DNA of 64,000 nucleotides from Candidatus Eiseniibacteriota bacterium (GCA_016710095.1 JADJLL010000005.1:1573-65572), one strand, 5' to 3'; positions 36,004 through 45,344 are shown, counted from the first letter of the stretch. Notes: generated by a model from the sequence alone, not told the origin. A program made the numbers and translations.

Positions 36004-36578
36004 ACGCGCTGCAAGCACTCGCGTGCGCCGCGGTTCTCGCGATGGCAGCCTCCGGCGCCGCAGGCGCCGCCGGCACGTCGCGCCCGTACACGCTCGCCGA
36101 TCTCGACTGGATCGAGGGCACGTGGCGCGCGCAACAAGTGGACGCCAGCGGCGTCCGCGCCGAGTCCGAAGAACACTGGGGCGCGGCGATCGGTGAGAGC
36201 CGGCTCGGCTGGTTCCGCTCGGTGCGGGACGGGCGGGTGCGCTTCTACGAGTTCGAGGTCATGCGCCAGGACTCGGCCGGCGTGCGCGTGTACGTCAAGC
36301 ACTTCGACCGCGACGTGAAGGGCTGGGAAACGCCGGACTCGTCGTCCGTCTTCCGGCTCGTGCGGCTCGGCGAGCGCGAAGCGCACTTCGAGGACTCGCG
36401 CGACGAGCAGTTCCCGTTCATGCACTGGGCCGTGCGCGGCGACTCGCTGCACGTGACGCTCACGAGCGCGAAGGCCGGCCGGCGTCCGCTCAAGTTCGGC
36501 TTCGCGCGCATGCCGGCGACGGCGGCAGCACCGCAGCCGTCGCAGCCGCCGCAGTCCCGCCCCGAGCACCCGGAGTGA
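36000..36578 (+). CDS. exported hypothetical protein (possibly DUF6265/lipocalin-like), last gene of the Bat-like operon
   Basis: ATG 36000 overlaps the upstream stop (ATGA). Signal peptide MNALQALACAAVLAMAASGAAGAAG. The family guess is from pattern only (WIEGTW...EHW...F.E...). Confidence 0.6.
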   Translation: MNALQALACAAVLAMAASGAAGAAGTSRPYTLADLDWIEGTWRAQQVDASGVRAESEEHWGAAIGESRLGWFRSVRDGRVRFYEFEVMRQDSAGVRVYVKHFDRDVKGWETPDSSSVFRLVRLGEREAHFEDSRDEQFPFMHWAVRGDSLHVTLTSAKAGRRPLKFGFARMPATAAAPQPSQPPQSRPEHPE

Positions 36579-36588
36579 CGCGCGAAGA

Positions 36589-37071
36589 CTAGTGCGGCGC
36601 CTCGAGCGTCGAGAGCACCACGAACGTGTGCGAGTTCTCGAGCGACCAGTGCGCGCAGTTGCTGCCGACCATGTGCAGGATCTGGCGGCCGACGAGCGAA
36701 TCGCTCGCGGTGATCGTGAGCGCGAGCACGTTGCCCGAGAGCCCCGCGCCCATCGTCGAGTCGCTGACGGCGAAGTTCTCCCAGTCGAGCGAGTACTGCT
36801 CCTTCGTGAAGGAGTAGTTGCGCGGCAGGAACGGCGCCATGCCCCCGGGCACCACGCCGGTGGGCCCGTCCACCGCGTACGCGCCGGTCGCTTCGTACTG
36901 CGCCACGGCAGCGGCACGCACGGTGTTGAAGTCGCCGAGCGCCTGCGTGGCGACGGCGTCGCGCTGGATGCCCTTGTAGGCGGGCAGGCTCACGCGCACG
37001 AGGATCGACAGGATCGAGATCACGATCAGCAGCTCGATCATCGTGAAGCCCTTCTGCGAGCGGCGGCTCAT
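36589..37071 (-). CDS. prepilin-type N-terminal cleavage/methylation domain protein (type IV pilin / pseudopilin-like)
   Basis: MSRRSQKGFTMIELLIVISILSILV carries the G-F-T-x-I-E-L class III signal. The ATG overlaps the upstream stop (ATGA). Confidence 0.85.
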   Translation of the reverse strand: MSRRSQKGFTMIELLIVISILSILVRVSLPAYKGIQRDAVATQALGDFNTVRAAAVAQYEATGAYAVDGPTGVVPGGMAPFLPRNYSFTKEQYSLDWENFAVSDSTMGAGLSGNVLALTITASDSLVGRQILHMVGSNCAHWSLENSHTFVVLSTLEAPH

Positions 37072-37751
37072 CGCGCACCTCCCGCGATCAGGCCCATCTG
37101 GATGAACGTGCGGCCCAGGAAGACGGCGATCGAGTCCGTGGACACGTAGCGCACGTGCTTCACGATGGTGCCCGCGCGCAGCTCGTACACGTCCTTCGTG
37201 AGCGGCGTGTACTTCACGCCCTTCACCGGCGCGCCGGCCTGCTTCGCGACCTGCGGCAGCCGCCCGCGTTCGCGGCGGAACTCCTCGACGCGCTGGCGCT
37301 GCATGTAGACGGCGATCTTGTAGCTCGACTCGTAGTACGAAACGGGCGGCGTCGCGGGCGTGCGGTACTCGAGCCACTGCGGGCTGCCCATCCACAGATA
37401 GACGTTGAACAGCACGAGCGCGGCCGCCATGAGCGTGCGCACGGGCGAAGCGCGGTGCTTGCGCGTCTCCTGCTTCGCGCGCGTGACCGCCTTCTCCTCC
37501 TCGCGCTGCATGACCGCGGCGACGGCGTTCTCGGCTTCGGCGGCTTCGAGGGCGCGCTGGCGCAACTCTTCGACCGAGATGTCGTCGATGATGGTGGGCT
37601 CGATCGCGCCGGCGATTTCGGCGAGGAGCTCGTCCTCGGTCGGAAATGCCCGCGGCCCCGAAGACTCGTGCGACGCCGGAGGCGTCGAAGCCATCGAGGA
37701 TTCCGCCGGCTCCGCGTCCTGCGGATCCTGCGCCCGAAGCGGTTCGCTCAT
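37068..37751 (-). CDS. single-pass membrane hypothetical protein, co-transcribed with the pilin-like gene
   Basis: ATG 37751. Acidic/helical N-terminal region, TM PVRTLMAAALVLFNVYLWM, then a periplasmic domain. The rest of ORF 37068..39770 is antisense shadow of mfd. Confidence 0.55.
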   Translation of the reverse strand: MSEPLRAQDPQDAEPAESSMASTPPASHESSGPRAFPTEDELLAEIAGAIEPTIIDDISVEELRQRALEAAEAENAVAAVMQREEEKAVTRAKQETRKHRASPVRTLMAAALVLFNVYLWMGSPQWLEYRTPATPPVSYYESSYKIAVYMQRQRVEEFRRERGRLPQVAKQAGAPVKGVKYTPLTKDVYELRAGTIVKHVRYVSTDSIAVFLGRTFIQMGLIAGGAR

Positions 37752-38000
37752 GAGAGGTGACTGCTCCACCGAGGGGTCGGTGAGTGCCGTGCGCTGCTTG
37801 GGGGGCGGCGCGTCACGATGCGTTCCCGGTATCGGGCCGCTCGCCGCGGTGCTTGAGCGCGCATTGCGGCCGTGAGTTGTGCCGCCCGAGCGCGCGCTGA
37901 TAGCTTGCGGTCCCGCCCGCACCTCGCGGGCATTCATCGGCCGCGCACCGCCCGGAGCATCCGTGGCGGCTTTTCGTGTTTGAAGGAGCCGTAAATCACG

Positions 38001-41000
38001 GTGAGTACGACCGAGGTCTTCCTCGAGAACGAGCTGGCCGTCCGCCTGGCGGAGCTGGCCGATCGCGCGCCGGAGCTGCAGGACCTGCTCGGGACGCTCC
38101 GCGACGGCTGGGACCGCGCCGACGCGGCGGGCCTGCGCCCGCGCGTGGCCGTCCGCGGCCTGACCGGCGCCTCGCGCGCGTTCCTCGCGTCGTGGCTGCA
38201 GCGCCGCACCGGCCGCACCGTGCTCTACGTGGTGCCGCACGGCGAGGCGTTCGAGGCGGCACGCGACGATCTCGAGTGGTTCCGCGGGCGCGGCGCCACG
38301 ATGGCGTTCCCCGAGCCCGACAACCTTCCGTACGACTCGTCGTCGCCGCACCCCGTGATCGTGGCGGAACGCCTCGGCACGCTCGCGCGCCTCGCGGCGG
38401 GCGAGACCGGCGTCGTGGTCGCGACCGTGCGCGGCGTGCTGCAGAAGCTGCCACGGCCCGAACGGCTCGGACGCGCGGTGCTCCACCTGCACGTCGGCTC
38501 CGAAGTCGACACCCACGCGCTGCTCGAGCGCCTCGTGTTCCTCGGCTACGAGCGCCTGCCCGAGGTCGAGTCCGTCGGCACGTTCGCGCGGCGCGGCGGC
38601 ATCCTCGACATCTATCCGGTCGGCGAAACCGACCCGCTGCGCGTCGAGTTCGACGGCGACACGGTGTCGAGCCTGCGCCGCTTCGACGCCGGCACGCAGC
38701 GCTCGCTCGAAAAGCTGCAGGACGCGCGCGTGCTCCCGCGCTACGAGATCGTCGTCGAGCCCGAAGAGGGCGCGGCGATCGCGCAGCGCCTGCGCGACGC
38801 GGGCGACGAAGCCGCCAAGGGCGGCGCGAACCTCTTCCACGAAGGCATGGAGCGCTTCGCGGGCCTCTACGACGCGAACCTCGGCTCGCTGCTCGACTAC
38901 CTGCCCGCCGACGCGCTCGTCGTGACGGACGATCCGGGCGCGCTCGCCGGACGCGCGGAGGATCTCGCCGAAGGGATCGCGCGCGGCTTCGAGGACGCGC
39001 GCACGCACTACCCGCTGCTCTCGACGCCCGAGCAGCTCTACCTGAGCGCGAGCGCGTGGACCGCGCTGCTCGACGAACGCCCCGGCGCCGACTGGATGGC
39101 GACGATCGTCGAGGCCGGCGGCACCGCGCGCTGGGCGAAGACGCTGTTCGTGCCGTGCTCGCCCGCCGAGCCGCTGCAGCGTTCGATGGACAAGCTCAAG
39201 GACCACCTCACCGAGCTGGGGGCGAAGGGCATCACGTCCGTGCTGCTGTGCGACAACCAGGGCCAGCGCGACCGGCTCTGGGAGATGCTCGGCAACGAGC
39301 ACGGCACACTCGGCGTGGGTCTCGTATCGGCGGGCTTCACGATGCCGAGCGCCGGGCTCGCCGTGCTCACCGACCACGAGATTTTCGCGCGCTATCGGCG
39401 CCGCAGGCGCCGGCTCAGGCGAACGGGCGGGATGTCCGTCGCGGAGCTGTCGCAGCTCAAGCCCGGCGACTACGTCGTGCACGAGGATCACGGCGTCGGC
39501 GTCTACAAGGGCATGAAGCGCCTGACGCTCGGCGGGCAGGAGACCGACTGCCTCGAGCTGTCGTACGCGGACAAGGACACGCTCTACGTGCCCGTGCACC
39601 AGCTGTCGCTCGTGTCGCGCTACGCGGCGGGCGACGGCGCGAAGCCCGGCCTGCACCGGCTCGGCTCGGCGCAGTGGCAGAAGACCAAGTCGCGCGCGAA
39701 GAAGGCGATCCAGGAGATGGCGGAGGAGCTGCTGCGCGCGTACGCCGCGCGCCACGCGCTCCCCGGTCACGCGTTCAAGCCCGACACCGTGTGGCAGCGC
39801 GAACTCGAGGCGTCGTTCCCGTACGACGAGACGCCGGACCAGCTCAAGGCGATCGAGGACGTGCGCGCCGACATGGAGACGGCCTCACCCATGGACCGCC
39901 TGATCTGCGGCGACGTGGGCTACGGCAAGACGGAAGTCGCGATCCGCGCCGCGTTCAAGGCGGTGCAGGACGGCAAGCAGGTCGCGGTGCTCGTGCCCAC
40001 GACCATTCTCGCGACGCAGCACGGGCTCACGTTCCGCGAGCGCTTCGCCGACTTCCCGGTGAAGGTCGAGGTGCTGTCGCGCTTCCGCACCGCGAAGGAA
40101 GTGAAAGACGTGCTCGCGCGCCTCGAGCGCCGCGACGTGGACGTGCTGATCGGCACGCACCGCCTGTTGAGCAAGGACGTGAAGTTCCCCGACCTCGGGC
40201 TCGTCGTGATCGACGAGGAGCACCGCTTCGGCGTGGCGCAGAAGGAGAAGATCCGCCAGCTCACGCGCACCGTGGACGTGCTCGCGATGACCGCGACGCC
40301 GATTCCGCGCACGCTCAACCTGTCGCTCGCCGGCGCGCGCGACATGAGCGTGATCGAGACGCCGCCGCAGAACCGACTGCCGGTGCACACCGAAGTGCTC
40401 GAGTTCGACCCCGAGGTGGTCACCGACGCGATCCTGCGCGAGATCGACCGCGGCGGGCAGGTGTTCTTCGTGCACAACCGCGTCGAGACGATCTACAACA
40501 CGGCGACCATGCTGCAGCAGCTGGTGCCGCAGGTATCGGTGGGCGTCGGCCACGGCCAGATGAGCGACCACGAGCTCGAGCGCGTGATGCTCGACTTCAC
40601 CGAGGGCCGCCTCGACGTGATGGTCGCGACCATGATCATCGAGTCGGGGCTCGACATCCCGACCGTGAACACGCTCATCGTGGACCGCGCCGACACGCTC
40701 GGCCTCGCGCAGCTCTACCAGCTGCGCGGCCGCGTCGGCCGTTCGAGCCACCGCGCGTACGCGTACCTCATGGTGCCGAGCCGCCGCGTGCTCACCGAGG
40801 ACGCCGAGAAGCGCCTGCGCGTGATCGAGGAGTTCGACGAGCTCGGCGTGGGCTTCAAGGTGGCGCTCAAGGACATGGAGATCCGCGGCGCGGGCAACCT
40901 GCTCGGGCCCGAGCAGCACGGTCACATCATGGGCCTCGGCTTCGATCTGTACGTGAAGCTGCTCGAGCAGGCCGTCGGCGAACTGAAGGGCGAGGTCGAA

Positions 41001-41480
41001 GCGCTGAACCCCGAGCCGCGCCTGCTCACGGACTGGAGCGCGTACCTGCCGGACGACTACGTGCCGGACGAGCACGAGAAGCTCGCGCTCTACCGCCGTC
41101 TCGCCGAAACGCGCGACGAGGGCGCGGTGGACGACTTCACGCTCGAACTCATGGACCGCTTCGGGCAGCTGCCCGCGCCCGCGATCGCGCTCGTCGAGCT
41201 GCGCCGGCTGCGCGTGCTCGGCCGCGGCGGCAAACAGGGCGGGCTCGTGGACAGCCTCAAGGTGTTCCACAACGTCTCCGAGGTCACGCTGCGCCGCCCG
41301 CTCAAGCCGGTCGAGATCACGACCGTCGTGGGCGCGCTGAACTTCCAGGCCGAGTTCTTCAGCGGCCGCGAGTTCGGCCTGCGCATCCGCGGCGAGGACC
41401 TCGTGCTGCTGCACCGCACGCGCGAGATGCTGTCGGCGCTGAACCTCGCGGCGGAGGCCGCGGTGAAGGCCGGCAAGTGA
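38001..41480 (+). CDS. mfd: transcription-repair coupling factor
   Basis: 1159-aa product. Motifs include PDQLKAIEDV..DM, DRLICGDVGYGKTEVAIRAAFKAV, the DEEH box (VIDEEHRFGV), HGQM and LYQLRGRVGRS. GAAGGAG upstream of GTG 38001. Confidence 0.95.
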   Translation: MSTTEVFLENELAVRLAELADRAPELQDLLGTLRDGWDRADAAGLRPRVAVRGLTGASRAFLASWLQRRTGRTVLYVVPHGEAFEAARDDLEWFRGRGATMAFPEPDNLPYDSSSPHPVIVAERLGTLARLAAGETGVVVATVRGVLQKLPRPERLGRAVLHLHVGSEVDTHALLERLVFLGYERLPEVESVGTFARRGGILDIYPVGETDPLRVEFDGDTVSSLRRFDAGTQRSLEKLQDARVLPRYEIVVEPEEGAAIAQRLRDAGDEAAKGGANLFHEGMERFAGLYDANLGSLLDYLPADALVVTDDPGALAGRAEDLAEGIARGFEDARTHYPLLSTPEQLYLSASAWTALLDERPGADWMATIVEAGGTARWAKTLFVPCSPAEPLQRSMDKLKDHLTELGAKGITSVLLCDNQGQRDRLWEMLGNEHGTLGVGLVSAGFTMPSAGLAVLTDHEIFARYRRRRRRLRRTGGMSVAELSQLKPGDYVVHEDHGVGVYKGMKRLTLGGQETDCLELSYADKDTLYVPVHQLSLVSRYAAGDGAKPGLHRLGSAQWQKTKSRAKKAIQEMAEELLRAYAARHALPGHAFKPDTVWQRELEASFPYDETPDQLKAIEDVRADMETASPMDRLICGDVGYGKTEVAIRAAFKAVQDGKQVAVLVPTTILATQHGLTFRERFADFPVKVEVLSRFRTAKEVKDVLARLERRDVDVLIGTHRLLSKDVKFPDLGLVVIDEEHRFGVAQKEKIRQLTRTVDVLAMTATPIPRTLNLSLAGARDMSVIETPPQNRLPVHTEVLEFDPEVVTDAILREIDRGGQVFFVHNRVETIYNTATMLQQLVPQVSVGVGHGQMSDHELERVMLDFTEGRLDVMVATMIIESGLDIPTVNTLIVDRADTLGLAQLYQLRGRVGRSSHRAYAYLMVPSRRVLTEDAEKRLRVIEEFDELGVGFKVALKDMEIRGAGNLLGPEQHGHIMGLGFDLYVKLLEQAVGELKGEVEALNPEPRLLTDWSAYLPDDYVPDEHEKLALYRRLAETRDEGAVDDFTLELMDRFGQLPAPAIALVELRRLRVLGRGGKQGGLVDSLKVFHNVSEVTLRRPLKPVEITTVVGALNFQAEFFSGREFGLRIRGEDLVLLHRTREMLSALNLAAEAAVKAGK

Positions 41481-42041
41481 AGCGCGCCCGGGCCGCCGTG
41501 CTCGCGCTGGCGCTGCTCGGCGCGGCGCTGGGCGGTTGCTCGGACGACCGCACGGCCCGTCGCACGCCCTCCCGCGCCGTGTCGCCCGCGGCGGAGAGCA
41601 CGGACACGGCGCAGGAGCGCGCGCCGGAAGGACTGCGCACCTGCACGCGCGTCGTCGACGGCGACACCGTCGAGCTCGACGGCGGCGAGAAGGTGCGGCT
41701 GATCGGCGTGGACACGCCCGAGACGAAGGACCCGCGCCGCCCCGTGCAGTACTTCGGGCGGCAAGCGTCGGCGTTCACGAAGCAGATGGTCGAGGGCAAG
41801 CTCGTGCGGCTCGAGTACGACCGCACGCGCCGCGACCGCTACGGCCGCACGCTCGCGTACCTGCGCCTCGAAGACGGCACGTTCGTGAACCTCGAGATCG
41901 TGCGCGAGGGCTACGGCTTCGCGTACACGAAGTACCCGTTCCGCTACATGGACGAGTTCCGCAACGCCGAAGCGGCACGCGCGCGCCGAACGCGCGGGAC
42001 TGTGGGCGGACCCGGACTCGATCGCAAGGAGAGCCTCGTGA
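41477..42041 (+). CDS. thermonuclease (SNase-like) lipoprotein; a frame change at about 41977-41986 fuses it in-frame to the next gene as sequenced
   Basis: GTG 41477 overlaps the mfd stop (GTGA). Lipobox LGGC. Motif VVDGDTVEL...VRLIGVDTPE...GRQASAFTKQMV...DRYGRTLAYL. The canonical end ARAERAGLWADPDSIARRAS-stop (42039-41) is in the +1 frame. Confidence 0.8.
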
Positions 42042-42841
42042 GCACGCGCTTCGACGCCGGCCGCGACGATCACGTCGCGCTTTACGACGAAGCGCCGCTC
42101 TGGTCGGCGCTCGCAGGGCAGCTGCTGCTCGAACACGTGCCGCTGACCGCGGTGCGCGCGCTCGACCTGGGATGCGGCGCGGGCTTCCCGCTGTTCGAAC
42201 TGGCCGAGCGCCTCGGGCCGAGCGCCTTCGCGGTCGGCGCGGACCCGTGGGACGCCGGCCTGCGGCGCGCGAACGCCAAGCGCGTCACCTGGCCCGTGCC
42301 GAACGCGGCGCTCGTGCGCGGTGACGGCGCGGGCCTGCCGTTCCGCGACGGCGCGTTCGAGCTCGTGGTGTCGAACCTCGGCGTGAACAACTTCTCCGAT
42401 CCCGGCGCCGCATTCGACGAGTGCCGGCGCGTGCTCGCGCCGGGCGGCGCGCTCGCGCTCTCGACCAACCTCGTCGGGCACTTTTCCGAACTCTACGCGG
42501 CGTTCGAGCGCGTGCTCGCGCGCGCGGGCGACGGCGCGGCGCTCGATCGGCTGCGCGCACACGTCGCACACCGCGCCACGGTCGCGGGCCTGCGCGCCAC
42601 GCTCGCGCACCACGGCTTCGCGCCGACCGCCGTGCACGAGCGCGCCACACCGTGGCGGTTCGCGAACGGCGCGGCGGTGCTCGCGCACCATTTCATGGCG
42701 CTCGGCTTCGTGGACGGCTGGCGTGACGTGGCGGGCGAGCGCGCGGACGAAACGCTCGCCGCGCTCGCTTCGGAGCTCGACGCGACACCCGGCGGCGTCA
42801 CGCTGTCCGTGCCGCTCGCCGTGGTGATCGCGACGCGCTGA
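42038..42841 (+). CDS. class I SAM-dependent methyltransferase
   Basis: GTG 42038 is preceded by AAGGAGAG and overlaps the corrected nuclease stop (GTGA). Motif I ALDLGCGAGFP; post-I/II region FELVVSNLGVNNF...RVLAPGGAL. Confidence 0.8.
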   Translation: MSTRFDAGRDDHVALYDEAPLWSALAGQLLLEHVPLTAVRALDLGCGAGFPLFELAERLGPSAFAVGADPWDAGLRRANAKRVTWPVPNAALVRGDGAGLPFRDGAFELVVSNLGVNNFSDPGAAFDECRRVLAPGGALALSTNLVGHFSELYAAFERVLARAGDGAALDRLRAHVAHRATVAGLRATLAHHGFAPTAVHERATPWRFANGAAVLAHHFMALGFVDGWRDVAGERADETLAALASELDATPGGVTLSVPLAVVIATR

Positions 42842-42850
42842 ACCCCGCCG

Positions 42851-44038
42851 TCAGTCCTCCGGACGCTCTCCCGCCGGCGCCATCTTCACGAGCTTCGGCT
42901 GGAACGTCGCGAGCGGCTCGACGAGATCGGACTGCGCGCGCATGACCTCGTCGATGTCCTTGTAGACCATCGGGACTTCGTCGAGGCCCGCCGAGATCAG
43001 CTCGACCCCGCGCTCCTTCAGCACGGGATTCACGAACTTCCAGTCGTACTTCCTGATCGCGGCCTTGCGGCTCATGCGCCGGCCCGCGCCGTGCGCCGCG
43101 GAGTTCAGTGACGACGCGTCACCGAGCCCGCGCACGACGTACGTCGGCGTGGCCATCGAGCCGGGGATGATGCCGAGCACGCCAGCGCCCGCGGGGGTCG
43201 CGCCCTTGCGATGCACGATCAGCTCTTCGCCGTCGTGCACTTCCTTCCACGCGAAGTTGTGGTGGTTCTCGAGATCGAGCAGCACCTCGGCCCCGAGATG
43301 CTCCGCGATGTGACGATGGATGCACGCGTGGTTCGCCGCCGCGTACTCGCCCATCAGCTCCATCGCGCGCCAGTACTCCTGGCCCTCGCCGGACTTCAGC
43401 GACAGCCACGCGAGATGCTTCACCTCCGACGGCAGCTCCGGATGCTTCTCGAGCGCGACGCGGCTGTAGTGGTCGCAGATTTCCGAGCCCGTGCGGCGGC
43501 TGCCCGAATGCGACAGCAGCGCGAGGTGCTTCCCGCGCGGCACGCCGAGATCGTCGCGATCGACCGTGAAGACGCCGAACTCGACGAAGTGGTTCCCGCT
43601 GCCGCTCGTGCCGAGCTGCGACCACGCCTTGTCCTTCATGCGATCGGTGACGTGCGTCACGCTCCAGTCGCGGTCCATGACCGGGTGCTCGCGGCGCTCG
43701 GTGAAGTGCGCGCCGATACCGAAGCGCGTCTCGGTCTCGATCGCTCGGCGCAGCTTGTCGGCGCCGCGCTCGAGCTTCTTCAGCGGCAGGTCGAGCACGG
43801 TCATCTTCACGCGACAGGCGATGTCCACGCCGACCGCGTACGGGATCACCGCGTCGCGCGTGGCGAGCACGCCGCCGATCGGCAGGCCGTAGCCGACGTG
43901 CGCGTCGGGCATGAGCGCGCCGCGCACCGCGACCGGCAACCGGCACGCGTGCACCATCTGGTCGATCGCGTTCGTGTCGTGATCGTGTCCCCACTGCTTC
44001 CACGGGGCGCCCATGCCGGGCGCCGAAAGACCGTCCAT
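42851..44038 (-). CDS. rtcB: RNA-splicing ligase RtcB (3'-phosphate/5'-hydroxyl RNA ligase)
   Basis: Motifs MPDAHVGYGLPIGGV, VGVDIACR, GTSGSGNHFVEFG, LLSHSGSRRTG, NHHNFAW, HRKGAT and NSAAHGAGR. The start overlaps the rtcA stop by 1 nt. Confidence 0.95.
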   Translation of the reverse strand: MDGLSAPGMGAPWKQWGHDHDTNAIDQMVHACRLPVAVRGALMPDAHVGYGLPIGGVLATRDAVIPYAVGVDIACRVKMTVLDLPLKKLERGADKLRRAIETETRFGIGAHFTERREHPVMDRDWSVTHVTDRMKDKAWSQLGTSGSGNHFVEFGVFTVDRDDLGVPRGKHLALLSHSGSRRTGSEICDHYSRVALEKHPELPSEVKHLAWLSLKSGEGQEYWRAMELMGEYAAANHACIHRHIAEHLGAEVLLDLENHHNFAWKEVHDGEELIVHRKGATPAGAGVLGIIPGSMATPTYVVRGLGDASSLNSAAHGAGRRMSRKAAIRKYDWKFVNPVLKERGVELISAGLDEVPMVYKDIDEVMRAQSDLVEPLATFQPKLVKMAPAGERPED

Positions 44039-45084
44039 CACTCCTCCGGCGAACCGCTCGAGCGGTCCGCGATCTCGACGAGCGTGCGCCCGCCTTCTTC
44101 CTGCGTGAACGTGATGCGCGTCTTGAGGAACCGCTTCACGACGTCCGCTGCCGTGCGCGCGTGCAGCGTGACGGCGCCCGTGCGGAAGCGGCCGCCGCCG
44201 GCCAGCGCGAGCGGCACGAGCAGCTGGTCGGCGAGGTGCGGCCCGACCGGCACGTCCGCGTCGAGGAACGCGCGCACGTCGTTCGCGAGATCCTCCGCGA
44301 GCCGCGCCGCCGGCAGGCCGACCTGGCCGAATCCCGTGAACACTTCCGTCCCCGAGTCGCTTTCGACGAACACCATCGCCGCGTTGCCCGGGCCGTGCGC
44401 GTCGCACGTCTCGATGCGCGCGTCACCCGCGGCCAGCCCGAGGCGCTCGATCAGCACGTCGCGCTCGGTGACCGCGATGTGCGGCGGCAGGTTCGCGATC
44501 CGGACGAGCGCGTGCACGCGCCGCACCGCGCCCCGTTCGAGCAGCGCGAACGGCTCGGTCGCACGGCCCGGACGCACCTCGATCGCGAGCTTGCCGCCAC
44601 CCGCGGGATAGAACCCGCAACGCTGCAGCGCCGGCACGAACGACGGCCCCGTGCTCAGGAGGCGCGGCGCGAGTGCGTGCGCGAAGAACTCCCACGACGG
44701 GGCCGCGTGATTGTGCGTACCGCCTTCGAGCTCCACGCGCGACGGACCGTCCGCGATCATGAGCGCGGGAAGCACCGCCTGCAGCACGAGCAGCGTGCTG
44801 CCCGCCGTGCCGACGGAGAAGCGATAGTCGCCGGGCGTGAGCCGCGCCGGCGTGAACGAGATCTCGGTGCCGCCGAGCTCGTCGCCACGCGTGCGCGCGC
44901 CGCCGATCGACTTCGCCGCGCGCACGCACGTGAGGTGCTGGCGCATGAGGCCCGGCTTCGCACGGCCCGCACGGATGCGCTCCATGCGGAACGGTTTGCC
45001 GGTCGCGAGCGACAGCGCGAGCGCGGTGCGCAGCACCTGTCCGCCGCCTTCTCCCTGCGAGCCGTCGATTTCGATGAGCGCCAT
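44038..45084 (-). CDS. rtcA: RNA 3'-terminal phosphate cyclase
   Basis: MALIEIDGSQGEGGGQVLRTALALSLATGKPFRMERIRAGRAKPGLMRQHL...GTAGSTLLVLQAVLPAL...H.ADQLL matches RtcA throughout. Confidence 0.95.
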   Translation of the reverse strand: MALIEIDGSQGEGGGQVLRTALALSLATGKPFRMERIRAGRAKPGLMRQHLTCVRAAKSIGGARTRGDELGGTEISFTPARLTPGDYRFSVGTAGSTLLVLQAVLPALMIADGPSRVELEGGTHNHAAPSWEFFAHALAPRLLSTGPSFVPALQRCGFYPAGGGKLAIEVRPGRATEPFALLERGAVRRVHALVRIANLPPHIAVTERDVLIERLGLAAGDARIETCDAHGPGNAAMVFVESDSGTEVFTGFGQVGLPAARLAEDLANDVRAFLDADVPVGPHLADQLLVPLALAGGGRFRTGAVTLHARTAADVVKRFLKTRITFTQEEGGRTLVEIADRSSGSPEE

Positions 45085-45170
45085 GGGTTCCTGACCGGAT
45101 GAAGGAAAGGCGGAGCGCAGAGGCGCGTTCGGGCCACCGGACATGATCCGCCCCTCGGAGAGCCCGAACG

Positions 45171-45186
45171 CGCATGTGCCCCGCCA
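45171..45186 (-). promoter_or_regulatory. candidate sigma-54 promoter for rtcA-rtcB (minus strand TGGCGGGGCACATGCG)
   Basis: Exact GG-N10-GC spacing with TGGC and TGC conserved, about 85 nt upstream of the rtcA ATG. It is weaker than consensus (TGGCAC-N5-TTGCW). The adjacent regulator is a sigma-54 activator. Confidence 0.35.
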
Positions 45187-45344
45187 CACTACAACGCCTC
45201 GCCGACGGTTCCCCCGAAGCCGCCGGCTTGATCACCCGTCACATCACAATGCGTACCGCGCGAGCCGAACCGGAATGGGCACGGGACAGCACGCCTGTTC
45301 GCAACGCCTTGGGCCCCGCGAGGGGGCGCGAGTGAAGTTCGGGC

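Noticed and set aside
37976-42841. A 1621-aa ORF running in parallel with mfd and through the nuclease/methyltransferase.
   Set aside because: The first approximately 1170 residues are an Arg/Pro-rich out-of-frame shadow of mfd. Only the part from GTG 41477 onward is coding.
45277-45316. Stronger-looking sigma-54 matches in the rtc intergenic region: plus-strand TGGGCACGGGACAGCA (45276-45291) and minus-strand GGGCCC-N6-TTGCG (45298-45316).
   Set aside because: The first points toward rtcR rather than rtcA/B, and only its GG/GC dinucleotides fit. The second has a 1-nt-too-long spacer, and sigma-54 spacing is strict. Given the indel-prone sequence I keep them as notes only.
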